From contig NC_087437.1 in assembly GCF_036321535.1 (NCBI RefSeq), positions 93,436,001 through 93,500,000 of the forward strand: a stretch of 64,000 nt of DNA, in the 5' to 3' direction. Below are positions 40,110 to 52,951 of this stretch, one piece after another (position 1 is the stretch's first letter; every line of letters starts with the position of its first letter). Below the pieces are notes generated by a model. It saw only the letters and a list, made by a program, of their open reading frames with translations. It had not been told where the DNA came from and did no database searches. The DNA is from Camelus dromedarius. Taxonomy: Eukaryota. The position numbers and the translations under genes are program-made.

Positions 40110-40350
40110 TTGATTTGTTCAGTCATTTATTTATTCAATGAGTTTGTACTGAATTCCTGGACTGGGAAAGATTTGCAATTTTTGATACTTCTCCCAACCT
40201 TCAAGTTGTTCCATGAAACAAACAGGCATCAAAGATGTGATAACACAAGAGGGAGATTGTCTAAAGTGCTAAGCAGGAGTAAAGAAGCTTTGGAAGCTCA
40301 GAGGAAGAGTATGTGTATTACAGCTAGAAAGATTGGGAGAGCACTGAGTT
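40110..40350 (-). mobile_element. L2 3' fragment
   Basis: 'ttcagtcatttatttattcaatgagtttgtactgaattcct'. Confidence 0.6.
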
Positions 40351-41228
40351 CTGGGGCTGAACTATGCTACTGTTTGGATACCTCCCCAATTCCCAAGGCC
40401 CCAGGAAATAGGTGCATCCTGGATTCTCCAGAAACCAAACCAGACAGACAGAATCTAGGGTTGATTTAAGGTGGACATAATTATTGAATAGTGTAGTGAA
40501 CACATATAGCACTCTGCACCAAAGAAGACACTGTGTTTTTCACTCTAAGTCCATATTCCATATTGGGCAAAGTTTCCAAAATAAAATCAGCCCCCACAGA
40601 ACAGAAGGTTCTGTTTTTAAAAAGTGTTTCATCTTTATAGAAAACATGGTATTTGAGTGCGTCATCTATTGAATGTCCAAAACTCAGCTGACTGTTCCTG
40701 ACATAACACTGAGATCTGGACTGGGCAGTCAAAGCACAAGGCATGGCTATTACCTGGTGTGAACTGTTACCAGAACCTTAAGCATTTCACCTGGGAAACA
40801 GAGTTTAGCCTTCGGAGACTGGGCCTTGCATTTATAAACCCATTAATCAAGGGAGAACATCTTACTCCAGGCAATTAGTTTTGACAATGGAACAGTAAAT
40901 AGGCCCTAATTAATGATTTTTTATAATTATTCTTCCCTATGTGGACATTAACTGGTGTTCAGACATTAATTGTGACATCAACATGATTGCCTATCAGTAA
41001 AAAGACCATTTTGCAGCTTAATTATGGATTTCAAGGACTCGTATATCTTGTGGCTTTCAGAATCACTTTAACTAGACTTTAAGTCTTTAAAAAGACTAGG
41101 AAATCAGAAGGAAGAGTTCTCTTCTGACTTCTTACTTCCTTGTTCATTTTAATTTCTTATGCCATGTCTACACAGCTCTCCCATGCCCCACACCTCCCTT
41201 GAGAACACATGTACAAACACCATAGGAT

Positions 41229-41432
41229 CATGCTGTGGAATATAGAAACTTCTAGCCACATGAGGTGATTGAAATTCAATTTTTTAAATTAAATAAATTA
41301 AGAAATTTAGTCCCTACACTGAAAATATTTTAAGTGTACAATACCCACATGAGGCTAGTGACTAGCTGCTGTATTGCAAGTGCAGATATAGAGCATTTCC
41401 ATGATCACAGAAAACTCTGCTGGACAGCCCAG
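41229..41432. mobile_element. MER3/MER33-like hAT-Charlie MITE
   Basis: 'ctagccacatgagg', 'cagatatagagcatttccatgatcacagaaaactctgctggacagc'. Confidence 0.8.
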
Positions 41433-41864
41433 CATATAGAAAGAGCTTCATGAGGCTGGGTTGTTGTTCACTGATATCTCTATACTCTAGAATATCGCCA
41501 GCACAGAATAGGCACTCCAGAAATATTGTTGGTTGATTGAATGACTGCCCTTATTCCCTTATGTTCTCCCCATTTGTTTTGGAATTGTACCTTGAGACAC
41601 AAATTTCAGGAATATCTGGAGACATTTAATAAGCACTTAGGGGTAAGAATGAGTGACAGGGGTACTTACTCATCTGAGCTCTCTTTCTATTTAAAGTACC
41701 AGAGAGAGTGCACTAGTTAAGTTTGATATAATGAGTGTTTTCAGAAGAAAATTATATGCATTATTTTATCAATTATGAAAGACTCATGAGAGTAAAAGGG
41801 CACAAAATATTGTCTATGAAAAAAATCTGCAGAGATTTAATTCAGTTATATCAAGAAACAATTT

Positions 41865-42000
41865 TTATTTCATTCTTTGAAATATATTTGACATATCATG
41901 TAAATTTAAGATGTGTAACATGTTAATTTGATATATTTGTGTATTGTAATATAATTACTATTGTAGCAATAATCAGCACTTCTATCACATTACATAATTA
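41865..42000 (-). mobile_element. L1 3'-terminal fragment
   Basis: 'tttgaaatatatttgacatatcatgtaaatttaagatgtgtaacatgttaatttgatata'. Confidence 0.6.
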
Positions 42001-42186
42001 TCAGAGAACAATGATTTTATCACATCATAGAAACTTTCTTGAGAAAACTTCTAAAAAAAGAATACATTGATAAAAATGAAAACAATGTTTAGGAAGTGAG
42101 GAAAATAAAACTGATAAGAAAATAACATTATCTTCCAGAAATGGAGCCCTAGATTGATATATTATATACACCACACAGGTGTGTAT

Positions 42187-42207
42187 ACACACACACACAC
42201 ACACACA
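42187..42207 (+). repeat. (AC)10 microsatellite
   Basis: Directly visible. Confidence 0.95.
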
Positions 42208-42929
42208 GAGAAGAATTTTTATGACAAAAAATTAAGCTGTGTATTCCCTTGTACTTAAATGCTAATTGGAAGTTATAATCATAATACTAATAGACATATA
42301 ACAAAACAATTAGACTAAAATGGAGAGAGATGAATGTATTTATAAATGACATTTTGTTGATATTGGTTATTAAACGACAAGGACATAAATATAACTTAAT
42401 GAAGTGAAATGAAAACTTAAATGAATTGCAAATAATGAAAGTAAGATTTTTCAAATGACAGAACAAGTGAATTATTCAAAGAAAACCAGTAGTTCTTTTA
42501 TTCCAGTTAGTGTTTGAAATTATGATTAGTGTTTTTTAATGATGTCATTCAAAGCAAAATTATTTAGAAACATTATAATCTCCATTAATCAATCAATACT
42601 ATCTTCACACTTTAGAGAAATCTCAAGTCAGATGTTCTTTTCCTACACTACATATAAGTTGTGTAATATTAGCAGGTGATGGATTAATTTGTAAAACAAT
42701 GTCTAAACAATTTTGGTCTAATTAGACCAAATTCAAATATTGCAGAAGTCAAAATGGGCCTCCCACAGATAGGGTTTAAGGAAATGCTGAGCTTTTGACT
42801 TAATACCAGAATATGTAACAGCCCAAAGGTTAGAAGTAGGAGTTGATAACTACCAGCATTGAAGTCTGGACTTAACAAGAAGGATGCACTATAAATATGT
42901 TATGCCTGAGTCCTCTGTTTGGGCTTCTC

Positions 42930-43130
42930 CCGTTTTTCTAATTAACTTAATAGTTTTTGAACATGTATACTTGGTTCCAAATGCTGTGCTATATGTACTG
43001 GGGACCCAATATTGTACAAGATAGAGTTTGGTGATTCTTGTCCTCAAGGACCTTAGAATCTATTGAGGGAGATAGGTAATTCAACATATTCTTAAGGTAA
43101 CTGTACTATTATTTCTAAGGGAGACAGGCA
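42930..43130 (-). mobile_element. L2 3' fragment
   Basis: 'tgctgtgctatatgtactggggac...cttgtcctcaaggaccttagaatcta'. Confidence 0.7.
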
Positions 43131-45164
43131 TAGTCTGACTGGATTAAGTGGGATGGTTTGTTTGTGGTAAGATTAAGATAATGACAGCTTATTACTTATG
43201 TAAAATAGTTAAAAGTGCATCAAGATTAACTTGCTGATTTCTAAGCAATAATTATGTACATTGAACAATCTAATTTGTAATGAGGCCAAGGTTCACCTAT
43301 TAAATATGAGGCTGAGAAGTAAATATCAGATCCCAAATGTATATATTGGAATATTTGGAGAGTATAATAAAATACGTATCTTAACTCTTTAAATGGGATT
43401 ATAAATGTCAATCAAATATTGTGTTATAATGCAAAAATTGTTATAAAAACTGTCTGCTAATTCTTAATTTTTTTTCTTTTTTAAATGAAGTATGGTTGAT
43501 ATGCAATATTACATTAGTTTCAGTTTCACAATGCAGTGATTCAAAATTTTTATAGATTATAATCCATTTAAAGTTATTATAAAATATTGGGTATATTCCC
43601 TGTGATGTACAGTGTATCCTTGTAGCTTGTTATTTTATACATAGAAGTTTGTATCTTTTAGTCTCCTACCCCAGTTTGCCTGTCACTCCTTCCCTCTCCC
43701 ATTGGTAACCACTTATTCTCTATATTTGTGATTCTGTTTCTTTTTTGTTATATTCATTCTTTTGTTTTATTTTTTAAATCTCACATGTAAGTGATAACAT
43801 ACAGTACTTGTCTTTCTTTGACTTACCTCACTAACAGTAATACCCTCCAGATCCATTCATGTTGTTGGAAATGGTAACATTTCTTTTTTTAATGGGTGAG
43901 TAATATTCATATATATATGTACATACATACATATACCCATATATATCTACCTATCTCACACCTCCTTTATACAATCATCTGTTGATGGACAGTTAGGTTG
44001 CTTCCTATCTTGGCTATTGTAAATAAAGTTGCTATGAACGTTGAGTTTGTGTGTCTTTCACAATTAGTCGTTTTGTTTTCTTTGATGTATACCCAGGGGT
44101 AGAATTGCAGGATCATATTTCAGTTCTATTTTCAGCTTTTTGAGGAACCTCCATACTATTTTTCATAGTAGCTGCACCCATGGGCATTCCCACCAACATT
44201 GTACTAGGAATCCTTTTTCTGCATATCCTTGGCAACATTTGTTATTTGTAGACCCTCTGATGATCTCCATTTTGGTAGAAGTGAGGTGATATCTCATTGT
44301 GGTTTTAAATTTCATTTCTCTGATGGTTAGCGATGTTGAACATCTTTTCAAGTGCCTGTAGGCCATCTGTACTTCTTCTCTGGAAAATATCTGTTCAGGT
44401 CTTCTGCCCATTTTTTAATTGGTTTTTTTTTTTTAAATATTAAATTTTGTAAGTTGTTTATCTATTTGGATATTAAGCTTTCATCAGTCATATCATTTAC
44501 AAATATTTTCTCGTATTCAGTAAGTTCTCTTTTTGTTTTGTCAATGATCTTTTTTGCTGTTCAAGAGCTTTTAAGTTTAATTAGTTTCATTTCTTTATTT
44601 TTTATTTTGATTCCCTTGCCTTAGGAAAAAAATAAAAAAAAATTTCCTATGATTTATCTCAAAGAGTGTTCTTCCTATGCTTTCTTCTAGGAGTTTTATG
44701 GTTTCCAGTCTTAACGTTTTTTACATTTAGGTCTTTAATCCATTTTGAGTTTATTTTTGCATATGATGTGAGAAAATATTGTAATGTCATTCTTTTACGT
44801 GTAGCTGTCCTGTTTTCCCAGCACCTCTTATTAAAGAGATTGTCTTTTCTCCATTGTATAGTCTTACCTTCTTTGTTGTAGATTAAATGACCATAAGTAT
44901 ATGGGCTTATTTCTGGTCTCTCTATCCTGTTCCATTGATCTGTGTATCTGTTTTTGTGTCTGTACCATATTGCTTTGATTATAATAGCTTTGTATTATAG
45001 TCTGAAGTCAGCATGATACTTCCAGCTTTGTTCTTTTTCTCAAGATTGCTTTGGAAATTCAGGGCATTTTGTAGTTCCATATAAATTTTAGGGTTATGTG
45101 TTCTAGTTCTGTGACAAAATGCAATAGGTATTTTGATAGGGATTTGATTAAATCTGTAGATTGC

Positions 45165-45587
45165 TGTCAGCCGAGGGAGGCTGATGTGGGGTTCTAGAAG
45201 GTGAGTGGCCCAAACGAAAAAATGCTTGAGGAGTTGCCTTACCGCCGGACAGACTTCAGCCGGAGACACCATGGGGTTAACAACACTTTATTGCCACAAG
45301 GAGGTGCGCACCTATGATGCACCTGTCCTGCTTTTATGTTTTTTGTCAACACATGCGCAGTCTGAGTTTCTCTGTTCATTAGGCTTACACAATATCTCTA
45401 GCACATGCATACTTCTATTTTCTTTGTTCTAGATCTTATATAATTGACGCATGCGTGGAACAATTATTTACTGCATACTACAAACATGCTCTGATCGTGG
45501 CCTTGAGTCCCACGGCTGTAACTCATCTCAATGCTCCGATCGTGGCCTTGGGTCCCATGGCATTACTCAACTCAAGACCAGCTCACA
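45165..45587 (-). mobile_element. Young solo LTR (423 bp) inserted into L1 ORF2
   Basis: tgtcagc...gctcaca termini, perfect 5-bp TSD attgc (45160-45164, 45588-45592), AATAAA on the minus strand at ~45287-45292, many retained CpGs. Confidence 0.92.
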
Positions 45588-47765
45588 ATTGCTTTGGCTG
45601 TTTAGGACATTTTTAACAATATTACTTTTTCTAATCCATGGACACAGGATATATTTCCATTTCTTTGCATAATTTTCCAGCTTCTTCATCAATGTTTTAT
45701 AGCTTTAAGAGTATAGTTCTTTCACTTATTTGGTTAAGTTTCTTTCTAGGTATTTGATTCTTTTTGATGTCACTTTGAATGGGATTACTTTCTTGCTTTC
45801 TCTTTCTAATAGTTCATTACTAGGCCATAGGAAAGAACAGATTTCTGTATATTAATCTTGTATTCTGTAATTTTGCTGATTTTATTTATTAATTCTAATA
45901 GTTTTTTTTTGTGAAGACTTTAAGATTTCCTACAGTCTCATCTCAGCTGCAAATAGTGACAATTCAACTGATTCCTTTCCAATTTGGATGCTTTTTATTT
46001 CCTTTTCTTGTCTGACTGCTGTGGCTAGGACTTCCAATACTATGTTAAATAAAAGTGGCAAGAAAGTGGGTATTCTTATCTTGTTTTTCATTCTAGAGAG
46101 CTTTCAGCTTTTAGCTGTTGCTGTGGGTTTGTCATAAATACCCTTTCTTATGCTGAGAAATGTTCCCTGTATACCAACTTTGATGAGAATTTTTATCATG
46201 AATAGATGTTTAATTTTTTCAAATGATTTTTCTATGTATATTGAGATGATCATGTAATTTTTCACCCATCCTTTTATTAATGTGGAGGATCACATTAGTT
46301 GATTTATGGATATTGAACAATTCTTGTTTCCCAGGAATAAATGTCACTTGATCATGATGCATAATCCTTTTTATATGTTGTTAAATTCAGTTTGCTAATA
46401 TTTTGCTGAGAATTTTTGCATCTATATTCATCAGAGATATTGGCTTGTGATTTTTTTATAGTGTCTTTGTCTGCTTTTGGTATCAGGGTAATGGTAGTCT
46501 TGTAGAATGAATTTGGGAATGTTACCTTTTCTTCAATCTTTTTGTAAAAGTTTGAGAAGGATAGTTATTAACTCTTCTTTATATGTGTGGTAGAGTTCTC
46601 CTATGTAGTGGTCTGATCCTGATCTTTTGTTTGCTGGGAGTGTTTTAATTATAAATTCAATTTCATTGTTAGTGATTGGTCTATTCAGATTGTCTATTTC
46701 TTCCTGAATCAGTCTTGGTAAGTTTTATTATTCTAGAAACTTATCCACTTAGTCTAAATTGTCTATGTTTTTGGCATATAAACGCTTCATAGTATTCTTT
46801 AATGTTTTTTTTTTGTGTGTTTCTGTGATATTGGTTGTTTTCTCCTCTTTAATTTCTTATTTTATTTATTTGAGTCATTTCTCTTTGTTCTTGATGAGCC
46901 TGGATAAAGGTTTATTCATTATGTTTATCTTTTCAAAAAAACAGTTCTTGGTTTTATTAATCTTAATTCTGTTGATTTTTTGCCTTCTATTTTATTTACT
47001 TTCTCTCTGATATTTATTATTTTCTTCTGCTGACTTTGGGCTGGTTTATTTTTCTTCTACTTTCTTTAACAGGTAGTTTAAGTAGGTTTTACTTGAGATT
47101 TTTATTGTTTCTTGAAATAAGCCTGTATTGCTGTAAATTTATCTCTTAGAACTGTTTCTGCTGTGTTCTATAGATTTTGGAAAGTTGTGTTTTTATTTTC
47201 ACTTGTCTTGAGGTATTTTCTGATTTCACTTTGATTTCTTCATTGATCCATTGTTTTTTGTTTTTTTTTTAAGTACCATATTGTTTAGTGTCCTCATGCT
47301 TTTCTTTTTCCCATTTTTCTTCTTGTAATTATTCTAGTTTCATGCCGTTGTGATCTGGGGAAAAAATACTTGATGTAATTTCTATCCTCTTAAATTTGTT
47401 GAGACTTGTTTTGTATTGTAGTATGTGATCTATACTGGAGAATATTCCATATGCTCTTGAGAAGAGTGTGTATTCTGCTGTTTTTGGATGGAATGTTCTG
47501 TAGATTTCTATTAAGTTTACCTTGTCTAATGTGTCATTTAAGTCCACGCTTTTCTTATTGATTTTCTGTCTGGGTGATCTGTCCATTGATTTAAGTTTGC
47601 TATTAAAGTCCTATTGTCAATTTCTCCCTTTATGTCTGTTAATATTTGCTTTATATATTCAGATGCTCCTATGTTAGGTGCATATAAGTTAAAAAATGTT
47701 ATATCCTCTTGAATTGATCTGTTTATCATTATATAATGGAGTTCTTTATCTTTTGGTATAGGTTG

Positions 47766-47905
47766 TTTTTTACATATTTTATTTAGTTTTATTTATTCTA
47801 TTAAAAAAATTTATTGAAGTGTAGTCAATTGCAGTGTGTTATATTCTGGTGTACAGCACAGTGTCCTAGTCTTGTATGTACATACATATATTTACTTTCA
47901 TATTA
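47766..47905 (-). mobile_element. Short young L1 3' tip nested in the older L1 endonuclease region
   Basis: 'tttattgaagtgtagtcaattgcagtgtg...tctggtgtacagcacagtg'; host ORF2 resumes at 'gactttgttttg'. Confidence 0.85.
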
Positions 47906-49190
47906 GACTTTGTTTTGAACTATACTTTGATATGAGTATTGCTACCCTAGCTTTCTTGTCATTTGCATTTGCATGAAATATCTTTTTCCATTCTTTAACT
48001 TTTTGTATATTTGTGTCTTTTAGCTCTGAAGTGAGTCTCTTGTGAGCAGCATACAGATAGCTCTCTTTTTTTAATCTAACCAGCTACCCTGTGTCTTTTG
48101 ATTGGAACATTAAGTCCATTGACATTTAAAATGATTATTGATAGGCATGTACTTATCAATTTGTTTCTTGTTTTGTGGATGTTTTTGTAGTTCCTCTCAG
48201 TTTTTTTCTTCTTTTGTTCCTTACCATTTGATTTGATGATTTTTTTTTTTTAAGTGATATGCTTGTGTTCCTTTCTCTCTAGTTTTTGTGTATCCACTGT
48301 AGGTTTTGATTTGTGGTTATCATGGGGTTAGTATTTGTTGACCTATAACTGTATCTACTTGTTTTAAACTGGTAGTTATTTAAGTTTAAACACATTCTGC
48401 AAGATCTACATTTTTTCTTCCTCTCCCCCACATTTCATGGTTTTGATGTTATAATTTACATTTTCATGTTTCTCCCTTCACAGTTTGTTGTATTTATAGT
48501 TGACTATACAATTTTTGCATTTTAATCTTCATGCTAGCTTATTTAAGTGGTTGATTCACAGCCTTTACTATATATTTGCCTTTACAAGTGAGATTTGTCC
48601 TTTCCTAAAGATTATTATTTATTTTTGTAGTCTTTCATTTTCACTTAGAGAAGTACCTTTAATTTCTTTCATGATGTGTTTAGTATTGATAAACTCTTTT
48701 ACTTTTTGCTTGTCTAAGAAGATCTTTATAACTTCTTGAATTCTGAATGACAATCTTGCTGGGTAGAGTGTCCTAGGTGGCAGATATTTCCCTTTCAATA
48801 CTTTAAATATATCATGCCAGTCTCTTCTGGCCTTCACAGGTTGGGCAGAAAAAAACAGTTGAAATAGTTTTATGGGTGTTCCTTTCTTTGATACTTTGTT
48901 TTTCTATTACTATCTTTAAAATCTTCTCCTTATCTTTAAATTTTGTCTTTTTAATTGTTCTTGTCTTGGTGTATATATCTTTGATTTTCTTTTTTTTTTT
49001 TTTTTTTTTTTTGGTATTAAATGTGCTTCCTGTAGTTGTTTATCTATTTTCTTCTTCAGGTATGGGAGATTTAGGCTGTAATTTTATCAAATACATTTTT
49101 GACACTTTTCTCTCTCTTTCCATCTGAGACCCCTAAATGGGAATGTTGGTATGCTTGATGTTGTGATAGAGGTCCCTTAAACTATGCTCA

Positions 49191-50035
49191 TTTTTTAAAT
49201 TAAAGTATAGTTGATGTATAATAGTAAATAAATTGCAAGTGTACAATATAATGATTTACAATTTTTGAAGGTTATACTCTATTTGTTATTATTATAAAAT
49301 ATTGGCTATGTTCCCCATGCTGTAAATATATCCTTACAGATTATTTATTTTACACATAATAGTTTGTACTTCTTAATCTCCTAGCCCTTTATTGCCCATC
49401 GCTTTTTCCCTCTCCCCACTGGTAACCACTAGTCTGTTTTCTATATCTATGAGTCTGTTTCTTTTTTCATATATTCACTGTTTTGCTATATTTTTTAGTT
49501 TCTATATATAAGTGATATCATATAGTATTTGTCTTTCTCTGACTTATCTTCTTAGCTTAATACCCTCCAAATCCATCCATGTTGTTGCAAATGGCAACAT
49601 TTTGTTCTTTTTTATGGGTGAATAGTATTCCATTGTGTGGGTATTCATGTATATATATCTCACATCTTATTTATCCATTCGTCTGTTGATGGATGCTTAG
49701 ATTTCTTCCATATATTGGCAATTATAAATAATGTTGCTATGAGCATTGGGGTACATGTATCTTTTTGAATTAGTGTTTTTATTTTTTTCAGGTATATTCC
49801 TAGAAATGAAATTGCTGGGTTATATGGTAGTTCTATTTTTACTTTTTTTGAGAAACCTCCATATTTTTTTCCAAAGTGGCTGCACCAATTTACATTCCCA
49901 CCAACAGTGTATGAAAGTTCCCTTTTCTTCACATCTCAGCAACATTTTTTATTTGTAGGCTTTTTGATAATAGTCATTCTGATGTGTGTGAGGTGATATC
50001 TTATTGTGGTTTAGATTTGCATTTTCCTGATGATG
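49191..50035 (-). mobile_element. Second L1 3' fragment sitting between host ORF1 and 5' UTR
   Basis: New poly-T/3' UTR and ORF2 C-terminus ([38 protein letters not shown]). Confidence 0.9.
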
Positions 50036-51302
50036 TCCAGTGGCTTTGGTGAGAGAGCTGGATCTGAAGGGAGCACTAGTCATGTTTTCCCTGAGTGTGC
50101 CGGCAGCTATCACCTTGATAGGATGTGGAGTTGGAGATGGAGGGGCTAGAGCCAGAGTCAGGTGTGAAGTGGGACTTCTCCTCTGCTCAGTGTCCACTGC
50201 CACCTTAATAGGGGCAAGTGTGGATCCCAAGTTCTGGAGTGGAAACCCTGAGTGTTGGTCTGAGCTGCTTCTTGCCCTTTAAGAGTGTGCTCTCCCCCTT
50301 CCCAGAATGGCACTTTGCCCCAGATGGGAACAGTCTTGTAGCAAGTGGGGCCAGAGCTGGCACCCAATACTGTCAGTAGCGCCCACTTGGGTGGTTCAGG
50401 CATTCCATCGTAGTTACAGACTGTTCCTGATCTGCCATCTATGTGAGTGCCAGTAATGGATTCTTTCTCTCCACTTAGATGCTATGCCAGGTCTGAGCTG
50501 ACTCCAGTCCCCTGCAACTGTGCCCTCTCCTCCAGCAGCAGCAACTTTGTCCTAATGGGGAGCTGTACTGTGGAAAAAGGGGGCCAGAGTGGGTGCTAGG
50601 GTGGTCTGAATACCAGTCAGAGTTCCAGACTCCTCCCTATATGCTGCCCCTATGAGCACCAGTGATAGCTTCCCTAACCCCATTTAGATGTCATGCCAGG
50701 TCCATGCCCACTCCATTCCCCACGATTACACTACAGCGTCCTTACCCCTGGTGTGGAGCTGTACCTTTGAGCAAGAGGTGTCACAGCAAGTGCTTGGCTC
50801 ATGCTGGTGAACTTTCTGGGGTGGTGGAGGGAAACTGGACAGAATCTGGGCAGTTTTAATCTGCTTTCTCCACCGTGTTTCAGGAATAAGTAGGCATGTG
50901 TGCACTGTTCATGAACAGCTCTAGTGTTCTCACAGCCCTGATGTCTGTTCCACTGCTTTTCAAATCAGCTAAGGAGACTCATCCTCCCAGTGTTGGACCC
51001 CAAATCTGGGGAGCCTAATATATGGTTTGAACTGCTTACCCCCCACAGAGGATCTCTGTGTCCATGTAATCCCCTTCCTCTTCTGTGTCCTCTCCTAGGA
51101 GTGCAGGTCCTGACATGTTGCTTCTTTTCCCTTCCTACCCGACTCCACGTGGGTCTTTCTTACAGCCTTGACTGCGTAAGAGTCTTTCTGCCGGTCTCTA
51201 GTTTACTTCCAGTGAGAATTACTCCACAAGTAATTACTCCACATGTACTCCACATATATTTTTGATGTGTTCCTGGGGAAAGGTGAACTCTGCATCCTCC
51301 CA

Positions 51303-51325
51303 CTCTGCCATCTTGATCTCCTCCC
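51303..51325 (-). promoter_or_regulatory. L1 5' terminus with YY1 site (internal promoter start)
   Basis: Minus strand reads gggaggagatCAAGATGGCagag, the canonical L1 5'-end YY1 motif. Confidence 0.8.
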
Positions 51326-52202
51326 AAGTCTAATTTTTAATATTTAAGAAAAATTTATACAGGCTGAGAATTTTTGCTCCAAACAGAAAACACTAACAGT
51401 TAAACTTATTTTTATTGTTAATGTGAAGAATCTTATGCTACATTTGACTTAAGTAAATATTCTATTTTGTAGTGTTTGGTCATTTTACTATAACTGGAAA
51501 ATTTATTTATACTTTAAGAACATCCCAGTCGGTTTTGGGGTGAGTAGAAACTTGAAAAGTTCACATTGCACTTCACAGAATTGCCTCTTTTAAAGCTCTT
51601 CCCGATTAATATACCCAACATTTAACTTTAGGAGCATATTAATGCTCTAATCATCAGAGTTGAGCTACCCTCTCTGGTTAAATTAAGAACTGACCTAAAC
51701 CCTTTCCCAAGGTTGAGTCTAACAATTTGGGAAGAGTGATTTCACTGTTAAACATTTGCAGACCTAATTATCTCCTGATTTGAGCCAATGCCAGTGCTGA
51801 AAATCTCAAGAAGAGATTTTTTTCAGAGGCAAACTAGCTGAACTAGAAAAGTTTTAGACTCATAAAAGTTGCTACTTTGTAACAAAAGAAAAGACTTTTA
51901 GAAACTTCATGAATAATTCTAGGAGAAATTCTACTTTTACCTGAATTGTATCAAAATTTATATGTGATACCTCAGAAGGCAAAAAAAGCAAATTACTTAC
52001 TTTATTTACCTAGATACTTAGAGAATTTAGTCAATAATTATTTTCTGTAATAAAACTACTCAAATAACATGTAGACCAAATTGCAGCCTTTATTATCTTG
52101 ACTAATTCAAAGTATCTGTGACTAAGACAACTCAATGTATAAGATAGGACAAAATATCCTGATTTGTGTATTATCTAGTAGACATTTAAAAAATTGTTTG
52201 TC

Positions 52203-52442
52203 TTGTAAAGTAGGGCAGCCACTATGGAGGACAGTATGGAGGTTACTTGAAAAACTAAAAATAGACTTACCATATGATCCAGCAATTCCACTCCTGGGCA
52301 TATATCTGAAGAAAACTATAATTCAAAAAGACACATGCACCCCAATGTTCATAGCAGCACTATTTACAATAACAAAGACATGGAAACAACGTAAATGCCC
52401 ATCAGTGGATGACTGGATAAACAAGATCTCACACACACACAC

Positions 52443-52482
<40 letters not shown>

Positions 52483-52951
52483 GAATATTACTCAGCCATA
52501 AAAAAGAATGAGATAATGCTATTTGCAGAAACATAGATGGACCTAGAGATTATCATATTGATGAAATAAGTCACATAGAGAAAGGTAAATATCATATTAT
52601 ATCATTTATATGTGGAATCTAAAAAAATGATGCAAGTTCTATTTACAAATCAAAAAGAGACTCACAGACATAGAAAACAAGCTATGGTTACCAAAGGAGA
52701 AAGGGCAGAGAGGGATAAATTAAGCACTGGGGATTAACGGACATATATTACTGTGCATAAAACAGATAAACAACAAGGACCTACTGTATAACACAGGGAA
52801 CTATATTAAATTTCTTGAAATAACACATAATGGAAAAGAACCTGAAAAGAAAAAAAAATATATATATATACATATATATATATGTATGTTTAACTGAATC
52901 ACTTTGCTATACACCTGAAACTAACATTGTAAATCAACTATATCTCAAAAA
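52203..52951 (+). mobile_element. 5'-truncated L1 (ORF2 C-terminus + 3' UTR)
   Basis: [16 protein letters not shown]...KDTCTPMFIAALFTITKTWKQ; 3' UTR ends 'cattgtaaatcaactata'. Confidence 0.93.
52430..52480 (+). repeat. (CA)n microsatellite (~25 units, one interruption) within L1
   Basis: Directly visible. Confidence 0.95.

Larger units (their letters stand above)
43900..48160 (-). pseudogene. Degenerate L1 ORF2 (endonuclease / reverse transcriptase)
   Basis: Fragments IQEDITFFNLYAPNIGASEYIKQILTDIKGEID, MDRSPRQKINK...[39 protein letters not shown]; multiple stops and frameshifts. Confidence 0.9.
43468..51325 (-). mobile_element. 5'-complete, inactivated L1 retrotransposon with three nested insertions
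   Basis: Poly-T tail, 3' UTR, ORF2 remnants, inter-ORF spacer, ORF1 C-terminus (RRDWHDIFKVLKGK...YPARLSFRI), GC-richer 5' UTR ending in a YY1 motif; degenerate TSD aattcttaattttt / aagtctaattttt. Confidence 0.93.

Noticed and set aside
45486..45574. CRISPR-like repeat-spacer pattern
   Set aside because: Just two adjacent tandem units inside a mammalian LTR; no spacers or cas genes
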